From the NCBI GenBank assembly GCA_001179505.1, contig CDMY01000305.1:310001-374000 (forward strand): a stretch of DNA of 64,000 nt, given 5' to 3'. Under the pieces are notes generated by a model that saw only the letters and a program-made list of their open reading frames with translations, was not told the DNA's origin and did no database searches. This document shows, one piece after another, positions 26,765-39,900 of this stretch. The position numbers and the translations under genes are program-made. How positions within the stretch are numbered: the first letter of the stretch is position 1; each line of letters opens with the position of its first letter. Source of the DNA: Vitrella brassicaformis CCMP3155. Lineage: Eukaryota; Protista; Chromerida.

Positions 26765-28300
26765 ATGGGTGCCATCGTCGTGGTGGCGCTGCTGATCGTG
26801 CTGCTGCTGCAGCTGCTGCCGTGGGTGTTCCGGCTGGTGGGCTCTGCACACGGCACATCGGACACCCGATCGATCAAAGGTCATGTCGTTGGATTGGTCC
26901 TTCCACTGTCTGTCTGTCTGTCTGTGTGTCTGTCTGTCTGTCTGTGTGCAGCACCACACGGTTTGCTGCCACCCTAGGTGCCCAGTGTGTATGCAGCCTG
27001 TCGTCGGCTGGCAACCGTCTCTTGTGCCGTGAAGCTTGTGTGTGTACTTGGGTGGTGTATTGTGTGTGCCTGCGGTTTCTGCCCTGGCCGGCAAAGCCGG
27101 CATCGACTGCCCATTTGCTTGCTGTCCTGTTTTGCTTGGATGCATGTGCATCCCTCCCTCTTCTGGTGGATTGGTTGCTGCATTTGTCAGTGTGTGACTG
27201 TGCCATCATTTCTGTGCATAGGGAATTCGACCAACACCTCGGCTAGGTGGGCGAGCCACTCAGCCAGCCACTCAGCCAGCCCTCCATGGGCCAGCCATAC
27301 ACACACACCGCTTCACACACATGGACGACATTCTGGCACCCTCAGACCAGACACACACCCCTCTCCTCCTCCTCCCTCCCTCCCTCCCTCCCAAATCACG
27401 TCCATCCATATTTTGTGTGTGTGTGTGTGTGCAGTTGCCTCCCGCACGATATCTTACCACGGGTGTGAATTCGAGATCGTCAAGATCCCCACATGTGTGT
27501 GTGGTGTCTCTTTCTGTGTCTCAAGCGCCTTGTTCCAAGACGTGCTCGAGGATAAAGACGTCCACTGGCACAAGAACAACTAGGACAACTGGTCGGTCGG
27601 TCAACCACACCGCTCCACACGCCCCATTTGCGTGGCGGCTGGCCTGTATGTCTCTCTATTTGTGTGGTTTGGGTGTGCAGCAAGGTGTGCACCAACTGCG
27701 CCCAGACGAGCCCGAGAATCTCAGTGCCAAATCGCAGTTCTTGTCAGGTAGATCCTTTGGGCACTCACAGACAGACTGAGGCACACCACACACCCTTGTT
27801 TGGGTGGGTGGATGGATGGATGTGTGTGTGTCAGGTGGTCCCAACCGGGGCGGGCCTCCCAGACGATGATCGGTCTGCTGTCACGGTGAGCAGACAGACA
27901 CAAAGGCTCTCTCGTGTATGGAAGCATCGGTTTGTTTTTGGTCGTGTGGGCTGGCTGGATGGATGGATGGAAGGTCGGCTGTGTGCTCGCTAGTGGGACG
28001 AGCGTGTGGATGGGTGGGCGGGAAAACAGGAGGACAGGGCAGACATACTAGATTCAAGGAGGGAGGGCTGCAGACAGCCATGATGAGCGTCGGGCGTACC
28101 TGTCTCTGCATGAGCTGTCTTTGATGTGCCTTTCAGAGTCGCAGGAGAGTGAGAATGGACAGACAGATGGTGGGATAAAGGTGTGTGTGTGTGTCAGGTG
28201 GTCCCAGCCTCTAGGAGACATCCCAGCCGCGAGGGGAACCGCTGCCTCCATTTTATATCCCGTGGGCCTATTCTGACGTCTGCGCGGTCTGTTTGTGTGT
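26765..28300 (+). CDS. Possible multi-exon gene, model unresolved (N-terminal hydrophobic helix, several Cys-containing exon-like segments)
   Basis: MGAIVVVALLIVLLLQLLPW; exon-like blocks flanked by TG-rich acceptors at about 26951, 27433, 27527, 27681, 27836 and 28199. I could not join them in one open frame. Confidence 0.25.
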
Positions 28301-28399
28301 GTGTATGCCTGACTGACTTGTCCGGGGTGTGTAGTACAGAAGAGTTTCCCTTCAAGCTGCTCGCGATTCATCTATCATTCAGCTAATTATTACGGTTCA

Positions 28400-30500
28400 C
28401 ACACACGCACACACCAGTCAGTCAGTCAGTCAGTCTGTATGCACACACACACACACACACACACACATGCGCCAAGCCGACCAGCCAGTCAGTCAGCCGT
28501 CCACGCATCCACACACACACACATGCACTCCGTCCCGTCAGGTCAAATGTGGGCCAGTCCGGTCACTCCCCCTCCCTCCCCTCACCCAGCCAGTCAGCAC
28601 CCAGCCACCCACTCGTCGGTCGGTCGGGCTACCTGCCTACATACCTGCCAAACCATGCCATGCCATGCCATGCCATGAGGCGCCACGCCACTCCACGCCA
28701 TGCCGCCACACGTGCACACACAGGCAGACATGAACATGCGATTACATAATCACATGGATGGATGGATGGATGGATAAGATGGAGGGCTACGTTGGTAAGT
28801 TGGTTGGTACGGTAGGTACAAGAAAGAAAGAAAGAAAGAAAGAAAGCGCAGTCCGTCAGCCGGTCAGCTTCTTACATAGATAGAGGACATACATGAAGGA
28901 ATGAAGGCATCACACATGAAGAATGACACACACACACACACACACATACATCTACGCAATATGTGCAGGGGCGATAGAGAGAGGGGAGGGGAGCGGAGGG
29001 GAGGGGAGGAGAGTTCCTGTCAGCCAGCCAGCCAGCCAGCCACCCACAGCTCTCGTGAGGCCGAGCAAACTAAGTAGGCCACGACTCGCTCAGGTATGCC
29101 TTGGTGGTGTGGGAGTAAAGTCGAGCAAGCTTGAGTATGGTTGTGTCTGTGTGTGTTGTAGTATGTTGCCCTCCCTCCCTCCCTCCTTCCCTCGTTCGTG
29201 TAGCTCGCTACCCGCAGGTCGGCAAACGAACCAGCCAGTAAATACGTCAGTGTGTTAATGAGATGAGCACGACCATGCCATCCCGTGGAATGGCATCCAT
29301 CAATCTACCTGAGACGTTTGCCGCTCATCCGTCCGTCCGTCCGTCCGCACACCACACCACACCACATTCTTTACAGGTCAGACCGTACCGTCCGAGCGCC
29401 AGTCCACCAAGGAAACAAAAGACAGAAGAAAGGAAAAACGACAACCATCACCCATCACACCACACCCACTGCTGCCATGCAATTCACCCACCCACTGCAA
29501 ACTGAGGGAGGGAGGGAGGGAAGCGATCGGCCAAACTGCTGCCACCCACCACGCACACACACACACAGAGGGAGGGGGAGAGAGCGAGGCAAGGCAATGC
29601 GAGGCGAGACATCCATGCATCCTCATGGCGATTGAAAGGGGGTCAGAGCTCTGGTCTCACTCCTTTAAGTCGTTGTTAAGTGTCGGATACTTAAAATGCC
29701 CACAGTCGGTCCGGCCGTCTATCAATCAAGGTATCCAGTGAGTGCACTGCATTGGCATTGCATCGCACACGCGCAGGCAAGGCAGACACACACCTACGAA
29801 TGAAGGCGGCTAAAAAATCGCTCGCTCGCAAAATGTGTGTCCCCAGCCAAGCCAGAAGAACCCTCTTGCCGTACGTATCACCCACACCACACACACACAC
29901 CAGGTGCACATCCATCCATCCACAAGGCAGGCCAGGCAGACAGGCAGACAGGCAGGCGGACATCGCAAAAACGGGGCAGCAGTGGGTTAGGTTGGGTTTG
30001 GTGCGCGCATTCCTTTCTCTCTCTCATCTAGTCTACACTTGTTCGTTCGTCGGCTCGTTTTCTCTCACAGGTCGGTCGGCGGCAGTGGAGGCAGCCAACA
30101 CAGGCTGGCTGTGTGTGCCCCTGAATGTACCGTCAGCTCACATCACCTCACGCCGGGCAGGCAGGCAGGCAGACAGACAGACAGCAGCAAGGGCACCGGC
30201 CATCCATCCATCCACCCATCCATTCAGCCAGATACACGCACGGGCAGTTTCATGCATAAAAACAGCATGTGTGGCGTATATAAGGCGTGTCGTGTCGTGG
30301 CGCGTGTGGCTGTGTGTGTGTGTGTGTGTGTGGCTATGTGTGTGCATCATGTGTGTCGGGCAGACAGCCAGGGAGGGAGGGAGGGAGGGAGGAAGGCAAT
30401 CAGGCAGGCAGGCAGAGGCACATCATGTGTGCGATGGGTCCATCCATCCATCCATCTAATGGTGTGGTGTGATGTGGTATGGTGGTTGTGTGCATGGTGT
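28400..30500. repeat. Microsatellite-dense intergenic block between convergent genes
   Basis: Successive (CAGT)n, (CA)n, (ATGCC)n, (GGAT)n, (GAAA)n, (GGGA)n, (CAGC)n and (GGCA)n tracts with no convincing coding exon. Confidence 0.8.
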
Positions 30501-30534
30501 GTGCCCCATCCATCCCTTCTCGCTAGGCCACAGT

Positions 30535-33500
30535 CTAGCCGCTCTGCGCCTCCTCCAGCACGCCAGTGGCGAACCAACCTGTGAAGACAGACCCACAAAC
30601 ACCCCTGTGAGCACACCTCAACTCTCATTTGGTGCCTGTCTGGCTGTCTGTCTGTCTGTCTGTCCGGCTGGCTGACTGGCTGACCCTGGGGTCCTCGGCT
30701 GATGTCATTCGTGTCGGTGATACGGCGGCCGTAAGACCAGCCGCTCGAGTCCGACCTGATAACCACCACCCAGTCGCCCTGCCTAACGCTGATGCAGTTG
30801 GAAGTGATATCGTTAGGAGCCTTCACCCAGGCACACACACCACACCACACAAAGACAAGGAGGGAGGGAGGAAAGCAATGCACCCACGGTTGTGTTGGCA
30901 GGGCTGGCCGGGTTTGCTCATTTACCGTGTAATCCCAGACGACCCTCTTGGCGTGTGTGCGGAGCATCACGTTCTCCGTGTTGGTGTCGGCCGTGGCCGT
31001 GTTGCCCTGCTGCTGCTGCTGCTGGTGTTGTTCCGGCTCCTGCTCCTGCTGCTGTTGGAACGCCCCCGACCGCTGCACCTCCGGCGACGGCTGCAGGTAC
31101 ACGGCCACGCCAGTCGCCGGCCCTAGGATCGTCTGCACAGATGCACACACACAACAGAGGGAGAGGGAGGGGGGGTGGGGGGTGCGGTTCCGTGGCTCTG
31201 TGGTGTGTGGTGTGTGGTGTGTACGTCGAGTAGGTAGTCAGGGAACCATCCGCCAGTGTCCGTGACGACAAACTGGTCCTGGTCGATGTGCACCAGGCGG
31301 CCGTAACTCCAACCAGCATCGTTACGCAGCACTACCTCCACCAACAGACCTGACACACACGACGCCACACACATGCACACGAACACACACAGAGAGAGAG
31401 AGAGACGGGNNNNNNNNNNNNNNNNNNNNNNNNNNNNNNNNNNNNNNNNNNNNNNNNNNNNNNNNNNNNNNNNNNNNNNNNNNNNNNNNNNNNNNNNNNN
31501 NNNNNNNNNNNNNNNNNNNNNNNNNNNNNNNNNNNNNNNNNNNNNNNNNNNNNNNNNNNNNNNNNNNNNNNNNNNNNNNNNNNNNNNNNNNNNNNNNNNN
31601 NNNNNNNNNNNNNNNNNNNNNNNNNNNNNNNNNNNNNNNNNNNNNNNNNNNNNNNNNNNNNNNNNNNNNNNNNNNNNNNNNNNNNNNNNNNNNNNNNNNN
31701 NNNNNNNNNGGCGGGGGGTGTGTGGATGGGCTGACCGGCGTCATGAGTGCAGTTGTCCTGGTTGAGCTGCTGCACGAGCGCCGTGCCGTTGCCACTGCCG
31801 TTGGCCGCCTCGGTGACCAGGGCCGGCTGCTGCTGCTGCTGCTGTGCTGCCTGCATCTGCTGCTGGTGCAGCTGCTGCTTGGCCTTCTCCTGCTCAGCTT
31901 TGGCCTCCTGCACAGCACGGCGCTTCTCGCGCTCCTTCTGGATCTTATGGTTCAACTCCTGCAGACACACACACATACACACACACATCGACACATATCA
32001 ACACACAGAGAGAATGGGTGTGTGTGGTCTGAGAGTGCGTGCGTACTTCCAGGGCCTTGGTGTGTCGCTCTCTGTACTCGTCGGCCCGCTGCTCGAGTTC
32101 TTTCTTCTGCTGCTCGACGAGCTGGCTCCTGGGCTGCCAGGTGTTGTCGCCGATGTGGCTGGGGTCTTCGTGCTTGCACTTGACCAGGTGGCAGAAGTAG
32201 TGGAACAGCGGGCCCTGCCAAGAGCAATCGGCGTGCCGACACCCTGACACGGCAACACACAAGACAGACAGACAGACAGACAGAGACAGAGACAGAGAGA
32301 ATGACAGACGAGATGCACACGTGTGTGTGTGGGGGGGGGAGGGGGGGTCGGTGTCTGTCGTGCGTCCTTCCTTACTGATTTCGAGTTCTCGGTATACTTT
32401 CCAATACTCGCCGCGCAGGCCGGTGGACTGCGGGCTGAGCAGCTCCATGTCTGTCTCTTTGCTCAAATCCTCCTTGCAAAACGGACAAGGAGCGCTCTTC
32501 TTACCTAAACACACCACACAACCACACAGCACAGCCATCCACACGCCGCCCCTTGCAACCGTGTGTGTGTGTGTGATGTGTGTTCGTTCGTACGTCCTTG
32601 TCTGGCGACGTCAGCCCAGGCCCGGACTTCGACCGAGTTGCACTGTTTGTCGAACCACGTGTCGAGGCAGTCGGCGCAGAACAGGTGGAGGCAGCGCGTG
32701 AGCTTGGGGCGGAAGGCCAGCGAGTTGCAGATGACGCAGTGGAAGAGGTCGGAGGCGTCCTTGAGCAGCAGGGCCTCGGGGTCGATCTTGGAGGCCTCCT
32801 CGCTGATGCCGTACTCCTTCAACTTGCCCTTCTCCAACAACTGGTCCAAGTACTGCAGACAGACATCGATTGATTCCACACAGACAGTGGCAGAGAGAGA
32901 AGGAAGCGTGTGTTGTGGGCGTGTTGTGGTGGGTGTGGTTGTCTTACGGGTGGCGGCTTAGAGGGATGCTCGTTGTGCGAGGCGGGGCCGCCGCCACCGG
33001 TATTATCAACAGAGCTACCAGCAACTGCACAACACACACCACACACAGTACCACACACACCACACACGGTGGACAGACAGACAGGCATACAGACGTGCAG
33101 ACGTGTGTGTGTGTGTGTGTGTTCCTCCCCTCTCTCTGCTCACTTCTTTTGATGGTCAGCATTACGGCGTCAGTATGGCTGTCACGATGCGAGTCGACCT
33201 CCTGCACACAAACCACACACAACACACACACACGACACGCCATGAGTGCAGCCCGTCCCGCCTATGTGTGTGTGTGTGTGTGGACGTGCTCCTCCCCCCC
33301 TCTGTCTGTGTGGTGTGGCATGTTGTTGTTTCCTGTCTGCCTTACGGGTATAGAGTAGACGAGCTGCGAGAGTTTCTCAAACCCAAACTCACGAGCCTCT
33401 AGATCCGTACTATACTCCTCCCTGACACACACCATGACCACACACACCACACCACCACACACAGTTGACACATTTGCCGGCCGCATGACGTGTTGTGTGT

Positions 33501-34024
33501 ATTGTGTGTGCTGTGTGTGCTGTGGTGCTGACCTCCATATGTTCCTTAGCATAGCGAGGTTCATCCCGGGTGGTGGTGCCTTGCGAATCAGCGCCACCAC
33601 CTTGCGGTGTACATCCGATGGCAGCGAAGCCTTGCGGTGGTCCTGAGGAGAGGAAGGGACCAACACACCACACACCACACACACGAGAGCCTCGATTGCC
33701 GTCTGTTGTGTGTGGTGTGTTGGTGCAGGCAGGTGTGTGCCTCTTACATAGTCAGGAGCAGCATGGTGGCGGTGGTGGTGTGACCCCGGTCTCATGAGGT
33801 CCTTCGGGCCGTGGGCGTACGTGCAGTCCTTGCCCTTAGTGCACTGACCCTGCACAACACAACACACCCCACACAACACACACCCGTCAACACGTCAACA
33901 CACCACACGTCGTCCAGCCCACCCATACCATACACATGACATACGTCTCTCGCCCCCCTGTGAAAGGAGTTACCTTCTGGTGGAACGTGCAGACCTGGGT
34001 CTTGTAGTTGTGCGGTGTCTGCAT
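30535..34024 (-). CDS. Multidomain putative RNA-binding E3 ligase: CCCH zinc finger - LOTUS/OST-HTH - C3HC4 RING - TRAF-type zinc finger - coiled coil - SH3 - SH3
   Basis: YKTQVCTFHQK|GQCTKGKDCTYAHG; VVALIRKAPPPGMNLAMLRNIW|REEYSTDLEAREFGFEKLSQLVYSI; CVICNSLAFRPKLTRCLHLFCADCL..CPFC; GCRHADCSWQGPLFHYFCHLVKC; EVVLRNDAGWSYGR..GGWFPDY; ISVRQGDWVVVIRSDSSGWSYGR..|GWFATGVL..G*. Interrupted by an assembly gap. Confidence 0.78.
31410..31709. other. Assembly gap (300 N) inside the RING/SH3 gene
   Basis: Run of N between the coiled-coil exon and the first SH3 exon. Confidence 0.99.
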
Positions 34025-34619
34025 CTCACAGAGAGAGAGGAAGCCGCTCGGGTGGTCAGACAGGCTCGAGTACGGACGCTCTCGCCTGCCGCTGATGCCA
34101 GTCAGGTGTCGAGGAGCCCTCCTGAGGCCGGGAGGCTCCTAGCGATGACACAAACCCTGGAGGGATGGGCGAACGAGCCAGCGGGGGGACGTGGCCGAGG
34201 TCGGGCAGCCACACGGGGGGTGCTTAATGCGCTGGGAGGGAAGAAAGGTGAGAATTCGCGCGAGAAGTCAACGACGTGTCAGCCGCCAGTCGAGAACTTC
34301 AAGCTCGTTGGGGGCTGCTGGGGGCTTCGAGAATTGAGACGGAGAGGTGTCTTCAGATCTGCCCGTATCTCTGCGTATGCTGTGTGTGTGTGTGCGTGTT
34401 GGTGCTGTGGAGGAGCGGCTGTTTTCCGCTTCTTTGCGTTACGAGTCATGGCCAAGGCAGGCGTGTGCACAGCTCTCGCTGTGCAATCAATCAGGTACAT
34501 GTTGTGTCTGTCTGTGCTGTGTCAGATGCTCTCTTAAGTTTCTCTCTCTACTCGTAAGTTGCACAGGCAGCACACACTGTCAGCACACTGGTCGGTCACT
34601 CACACATACAAGAGTTCAC

Positions 34620-36784
34620 TCAGGTCACTTGGGTGGGGATGAGTCTGATCATGACGATGGACACGTTGTCCTGCGATTTCTTGTCGAGCAACACGTACTC
34701 CACCTGACACACAGATGGCATGCAGCATGACACACGCGACAACACATCATGATCCACACACACACACACACACGCACACATCAGCTGAGTGCGTCGACCA
34801 CCGCCCGAGCGGACTGACCGACCAGTGTCCTGCAGATGCCCTTGATGTCGAAGCTCCTGTCGCCCTCGACCGTCTGACGCCGCATCTCCTGCACACAACA
34901 CGTACAGACACACGTGTGCCTTCCTGCCTGCTTGTTGATTGGTTCAGCCATCCACTCCACCATGCAGCCCCCCGACTCACCCACCCACCTTTTGGACGAG
35001 GTCGTGTGTCATGGCCATGGCCTCCTCGGCTACCAAACAAGTCCAAAAGCCGTCACATCCCAACAGTAGAAACTCATCCTATAGGCACATACGCACACAC
35101 ACACAGAGAGAAGGGTCATGGGAAGTCTGGCTTGCGTGTGTGTGTGTGTGCGTGTGACCTCTGCTGGGCTTATGGTGCACTTCTGAAAGGTCGGCGTGCA
35201 GAGGACGCCGTATTTCTTGAGGCTGATGTCGCCGAAGGACCTCGTGACCTCTAGCGCACCGTTCACCCGGCCGTTCTCGATCTGCACACAGACAGGCACA
35301 AGGTCTCAGGACTCTCTGTGAGTGTGGATTGGTATGGTGTTGGGGTGCCGTGTGTGCATCTCACCGACCGTTCCTCCCGTCTTGATGATCCTGTCTTTCT
35401 CGGCAATCACCCATGGCTTGTGCGCTTCCGTCAGGGGAATCGCTGACACACGTCCAACACGCACACACCATTAGAATCTCTCCCTCTCTCTCTCTCTCTC
35501 TCTCCTCTCACCATGAGTCTTTGAGAGAGATGCCTTGCGTCTGCCAAGGAATGCGCCTGAGTCGCCCAGGTTGGCGATGTAGCACTTGTCCTGAAAGAGC
35601 AGCACCACAACCGCCGTGCAGCCATCTGCACACACACACAAAGACAGCCAGAGATGGACAAGTGTATGCGTGTGTTGTGGGGGCTGGTTGCGGGCGTGTT
35701 GAGTTGTGTTGAGTTGAGTTGAGTTGTGTTGAGTTGTGTTGTGTAGTTGACCGCACCGACCTCTGCATGAGGGGATATCGGTAGCAATGCGGCCATCAAG
35801 CTTGGAGAAGGCGCTCTTGACGACCTGCGACGCGACGCGGGCGGGACAATACACCACACCACACACACCACACCACACCACCCACAGCCATCCACACACA
35901 CACACACATCCCACCTATGCGCCCACACACCTTTTTGATCTCTTTGTCGCCGAGTGGTGCATCGTCCACCATCGGCCTGGCCTCCTCCTTTCCTTCTCCC
36001 TCTCCCTCCGCGCCACCAACCGTCAGAGCCGCCACTTGAGCAGCCAGCTGCACACACACACAGAAATGTCCACATGCACACACACACACACACCATGGTG
36101 CTCTCTGATCCTCTTCGTTCTGACTGACTTCCGTGGGCAGGTTGTCGCGTATGAATGTGGCCGACTGCCGCCCGCCGTGGCCATCGAACACACCAAACAC
36201 CCTGATGCACCCACCAGCGAGCAGGGAGGGATGAGCCAGGTGAGCAGAGGGGGGCGGTGCACAGCAGGTGGCTGGGTGTGGCCGTGTTTGCTATGTATGT
36301 CTGTCTGTTACGCACGCGCAATCGTGTATGGGTTTGATGGCAGGGTTGACGGCCCGGAGGCTGAGGCAGATGAGGTGCTCGTCCTCCATCTGCTTCCGCA
36401 CGCCCTTCTCACCTGCATGACACACACGCACACACACACACAGCACCACACAAGAACGATGCATGGATCCTGTATGGCCCATCGTCGACTGCCTGGCTCA
36501 TTCATGCACCATACCATATGCGTCTGCAAGGATGGTGAAGCCGCCTGCAGGCGCAGACACACAGCAGAGAGAGAACCCATCACAGATCTATGCGTAGATA
36601 AACCACTGTGTCTGTCAATCTTCCTCCAGTGCATTGCCTGGCTCCTGGCTCACTGACTTAATGGCGGGAGTGTGTGTGCTTCTGGCGTGTCGGTGGGCGG
36701 CACTGCCACCCTCTTGACCGCTCGTGAGTCAGCGGCAGGTAATGATGCCGCGGCAGCTGATCGCTTCCCCGTCACAACCTCCAT
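34620..36784 (-). CDS. PP2C (PPM) Ser/Thr protein phosphatase, ILKAP-like
   Basis: GEKGVRKQMEDEH, FGVFDGHGG, DGCTAVV..YIANLGDSGA, HKP..EKDRIIKTGG, GRVNGALEVTRSFGD, LGCDG, SQDNVSIVMI. Confidence 0.94.
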
Positions 36785-36913
36785 CCTGGAATGAACTGCC
36801 AAAGATCTGGTTGGTTGGTTGGTTATTGATCTGACCTCCCCGTCTGCAAGCCAAGCTCGCACTCGAGGGAAGGCCCCGTTGAAAGGAGAGCTACGGGAGT
36901 TTTGCGCAGTTCC

Positions 36914-39900
36914 ATGATGCGCTACCTCTATCGGAGTCAGCCGTACCAGCGGCTTACATCGCCTGTCGCTCCAACTGTTGTTCGAGTCACCCGATGGCTC
37001 ATTTCAGCCCTGCGGACAATTCGGCTGTTCCTCTGGGACTACCGATACTTCGTCCTGCTGGGCGCGCTGCTGCTGCTCATTCTGTGGACCGTCAGCGCTC
37101 TGCTGTCTTTGTGCCTGGGCAGGTGGCTGTCGCGTGTGACGCTGCTGTCTGGGCTTTATGTCCTGTTCCGCTACATTATGAGAGTGGTCATATTTCCGGG
37201 CTCGTCGTTCCTGGTAGGCACACACATGTGTGTGTGATGGATGCTGTGTGGTGGGACTGAATGAGCATCTATCTGTCTGAGTGTGCTGGTGCAGTGGAAG
37301 CGCGGGACTGAGGCGCAGTTCCGTGTTGAGATTGCCAAGCTCTACTGCACGCACATCGGGCACTTCAGAGGCCTCCTCACCGACCTCATCGCCCGCTCTG
37401 AAGGCGGTCCGCTGACCGCCAGCAGTGCTGACTTCGACATAGTGACGGCCCTCTCAGGGATGGACCTGCTCAACAACCTTCTCCGCTTCCTGTCATTCTC
37501 CGACGCGAGCGGCAGCATCGACCCGCTGCCCAAGCAGCACAAGGCCTTCCACGAGAGGGTGCAGCTGCTGACAGACAACCTCGACCGCATCAATGTCACA
37601 GACGCGTCGGCGTCGGCCGATAGTGGCTATCGGCCGCTCTCCCACTCGCTGCACGAGTATCGGGAGGGCCTCCCTCTGTTCCCTGGCATGATGCGTACCG
37701 ACCTCTCGCGCCTTAACCCGCCGGCATTCACAGTCAGCGACCCGGCTCAGCTGCCGTTCGCCCGTGACACGCTCGCCGTGTTGGATGAGATCATCGACAC
37801 GTTGACACCGCTGAAGGAGCGGTTTCTCGACACGATTAGCGTGGAGGGTTCGTCATCTGCTGCTGCAGCTGGGGACTCGCAGGCACAGAGGGAGAGATGG
37901 CTGGAGGGCGTCAAGAAGACGTTGCTGCGGTGTCATGTGGCTGCGAGTCGGTTCCTGACTGAGCCCCCTGTCGGTTCACTGCGGCAGATGAGAGCCGACC
38001 TCGTGCACAGATATGAAGGTGCGCTGGTCTGTCTGGTTGAGTTGACTGAAGAAGACAGACGATCTGACGTCACTCAACCCTCGCTCTCCTTACTTACCTT
38101 ACCTGTGTTGTGTGCCAGGGGAGCAGATATTCTTCACCGCGTCTGACGGCACCCGTCTGGACGGCGTGTACCTGCCACAGCCGTCCGAGGCCGAGGCGCG
38201 CAGGCGGCTCCGCAGCGGAATGCTGTCCCGGAATGAGGTCGAGTGGGGCCCCACGGTCGTCTTCGCCAACCCCAACGCAGGCTACTACGAAGTGTCGCTC
38301 TTCCAGGACGAGTGGGTGCGGTTCTACCACCAGCAGTACGCCACACACACACGCACCGGAGAAAGCCAGCAATCAGAGCACTTTCTGTCTCTGTCTCTTC
38401 TCTCTGTGTAGCGGCTTGTCGGTCGTTCTCTTCAACTACCGCGGCTTCGGTCGGTCGCAGGGCGCCCCCTCCCCCGCCACGTGTGCCGTTGATTGCGAGG
38501 CGGTGGTGGCGCACGTGGTGCAGAACGGGGTCAAGCACATTGGGGTCCACGGCCGGTCCATCGGCGGCATCTGCGCCTGCCACATGGCGGCCAAGTCGAC
38601 CACAGGGCAGTTGCCGCAGGTCAAGTTTGTGTGCGTCGACAGGAGCTTCTCGTCACTCGCGTCGACTGCGCACTTTGCAGTGAGGGAGGGAGGACGGCAG
38701 CCAGATGGAACGACGGGAGTGCGTGTGTGTGTGGACGGGTGTTTGGTTTGGTTTGGTTTGTGTCAGTTTGGTCCATGGGCGAGATGTGCACTGCGCGTGG
38801 GGTTCACCGGAGCTGCCAACGTCAAAAACTATCTCACCGGCAGGTGAGGTGGCCTCACCCCCACCCCCACCCCCCTGACTCGCTCACCAACACAACACCC
38901 TCTCCTCGTTTCTCTCTTTCAGGTGCACCAAAGTCATTATCTCCGACTGCAACGACCAGATCATCCCCGAGCTGGCAGCGATTAAGACGGGCGTCTCCAT
39001 CGCTCTCTGTCAGCTCAATGAACACGAGGAGGGGCCCCACCGCCAGGAGCACGACCAGGGGGAGGGCGAGGGCGCCTCTGGAGCGGTCCGACGGATCTGC
39101 TCGTCCGACATGTGTCGGGGCATGGCGTGCCCTCGGAGGGATGAGGGGGTGGATCTGAACGAGTGCGAGGCCATCGCCATTGCCGAGAGCGAACGACTCA
39201 AGGTGAGATGGACGTGGTGGCGAGAATGCAGGGGAGAAGGGAATGAAACGTCAACATGTGTGTGTGTTTGTGGGTCGGCGGATGGGGGAATGGGTGGATT
39301 GTGCAGCTGCCGTGGTCCACTCTGATGGATGTGGTGGAGTCCTGGGAATTCCTCAGCGAGCTGCTCGCCATATGCGACGCCGAAGACTCCCACCCAGCCA
39401 CACCCGTACGCACACCAGACACTCCACCCACGAGACGACACACGCTCAGCTCACACCTCTCCTTCTCCCCTCCCTCCCTCCCTCCCTCTCTGTCTGTCTG
39501 TCTGTGTCATCAGAGTGGCTGGTCCGCCCGCACAACCATCTTCAAGAAGAAGATCACGAGCGAAATCGCCACAAGACGGCTGACAGAGACAACGGCGACA
39601 GCAGCCACAGGCAGTGCCGCCAGAGACATCTCCCCCGCCAACCACCGCCACAAGCCGCACTCCTCCCCTGGGAGCGGCAGCGAAGGGCACTCCTACGCCC
39701 TACTGAGCAGCTCTGATGGCGATGACTCATCCACAAGTGAAGGCGCACCCAGCAAGAGCGAAAGCTCTGACGTGGAAATGGGTGCTGGTGGCGAGAGGGG
39801 GGCGGGAGTGGGCGATGAGGACGGCAGCGCGGCTGTCGACTGGGATGCCGTGATTAGGGACACCATCGGGCCTTTCGCTGATTCGATCCACCAGACGATG

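Noticed and set aside
27570-27600. Stop-codon readthrough or an alternative genetic code at TAG 27581-27583
   Set aside because: All well-supported genes use standard stops, and another frame or splice pattern explains the site equally well.
28400-30500. CRISPR-like or telomeric array
   Set aside because: No constant repeat with unique spacers and no sustained TTAGGG/TTTAGGG tract; only simple microsatellites.
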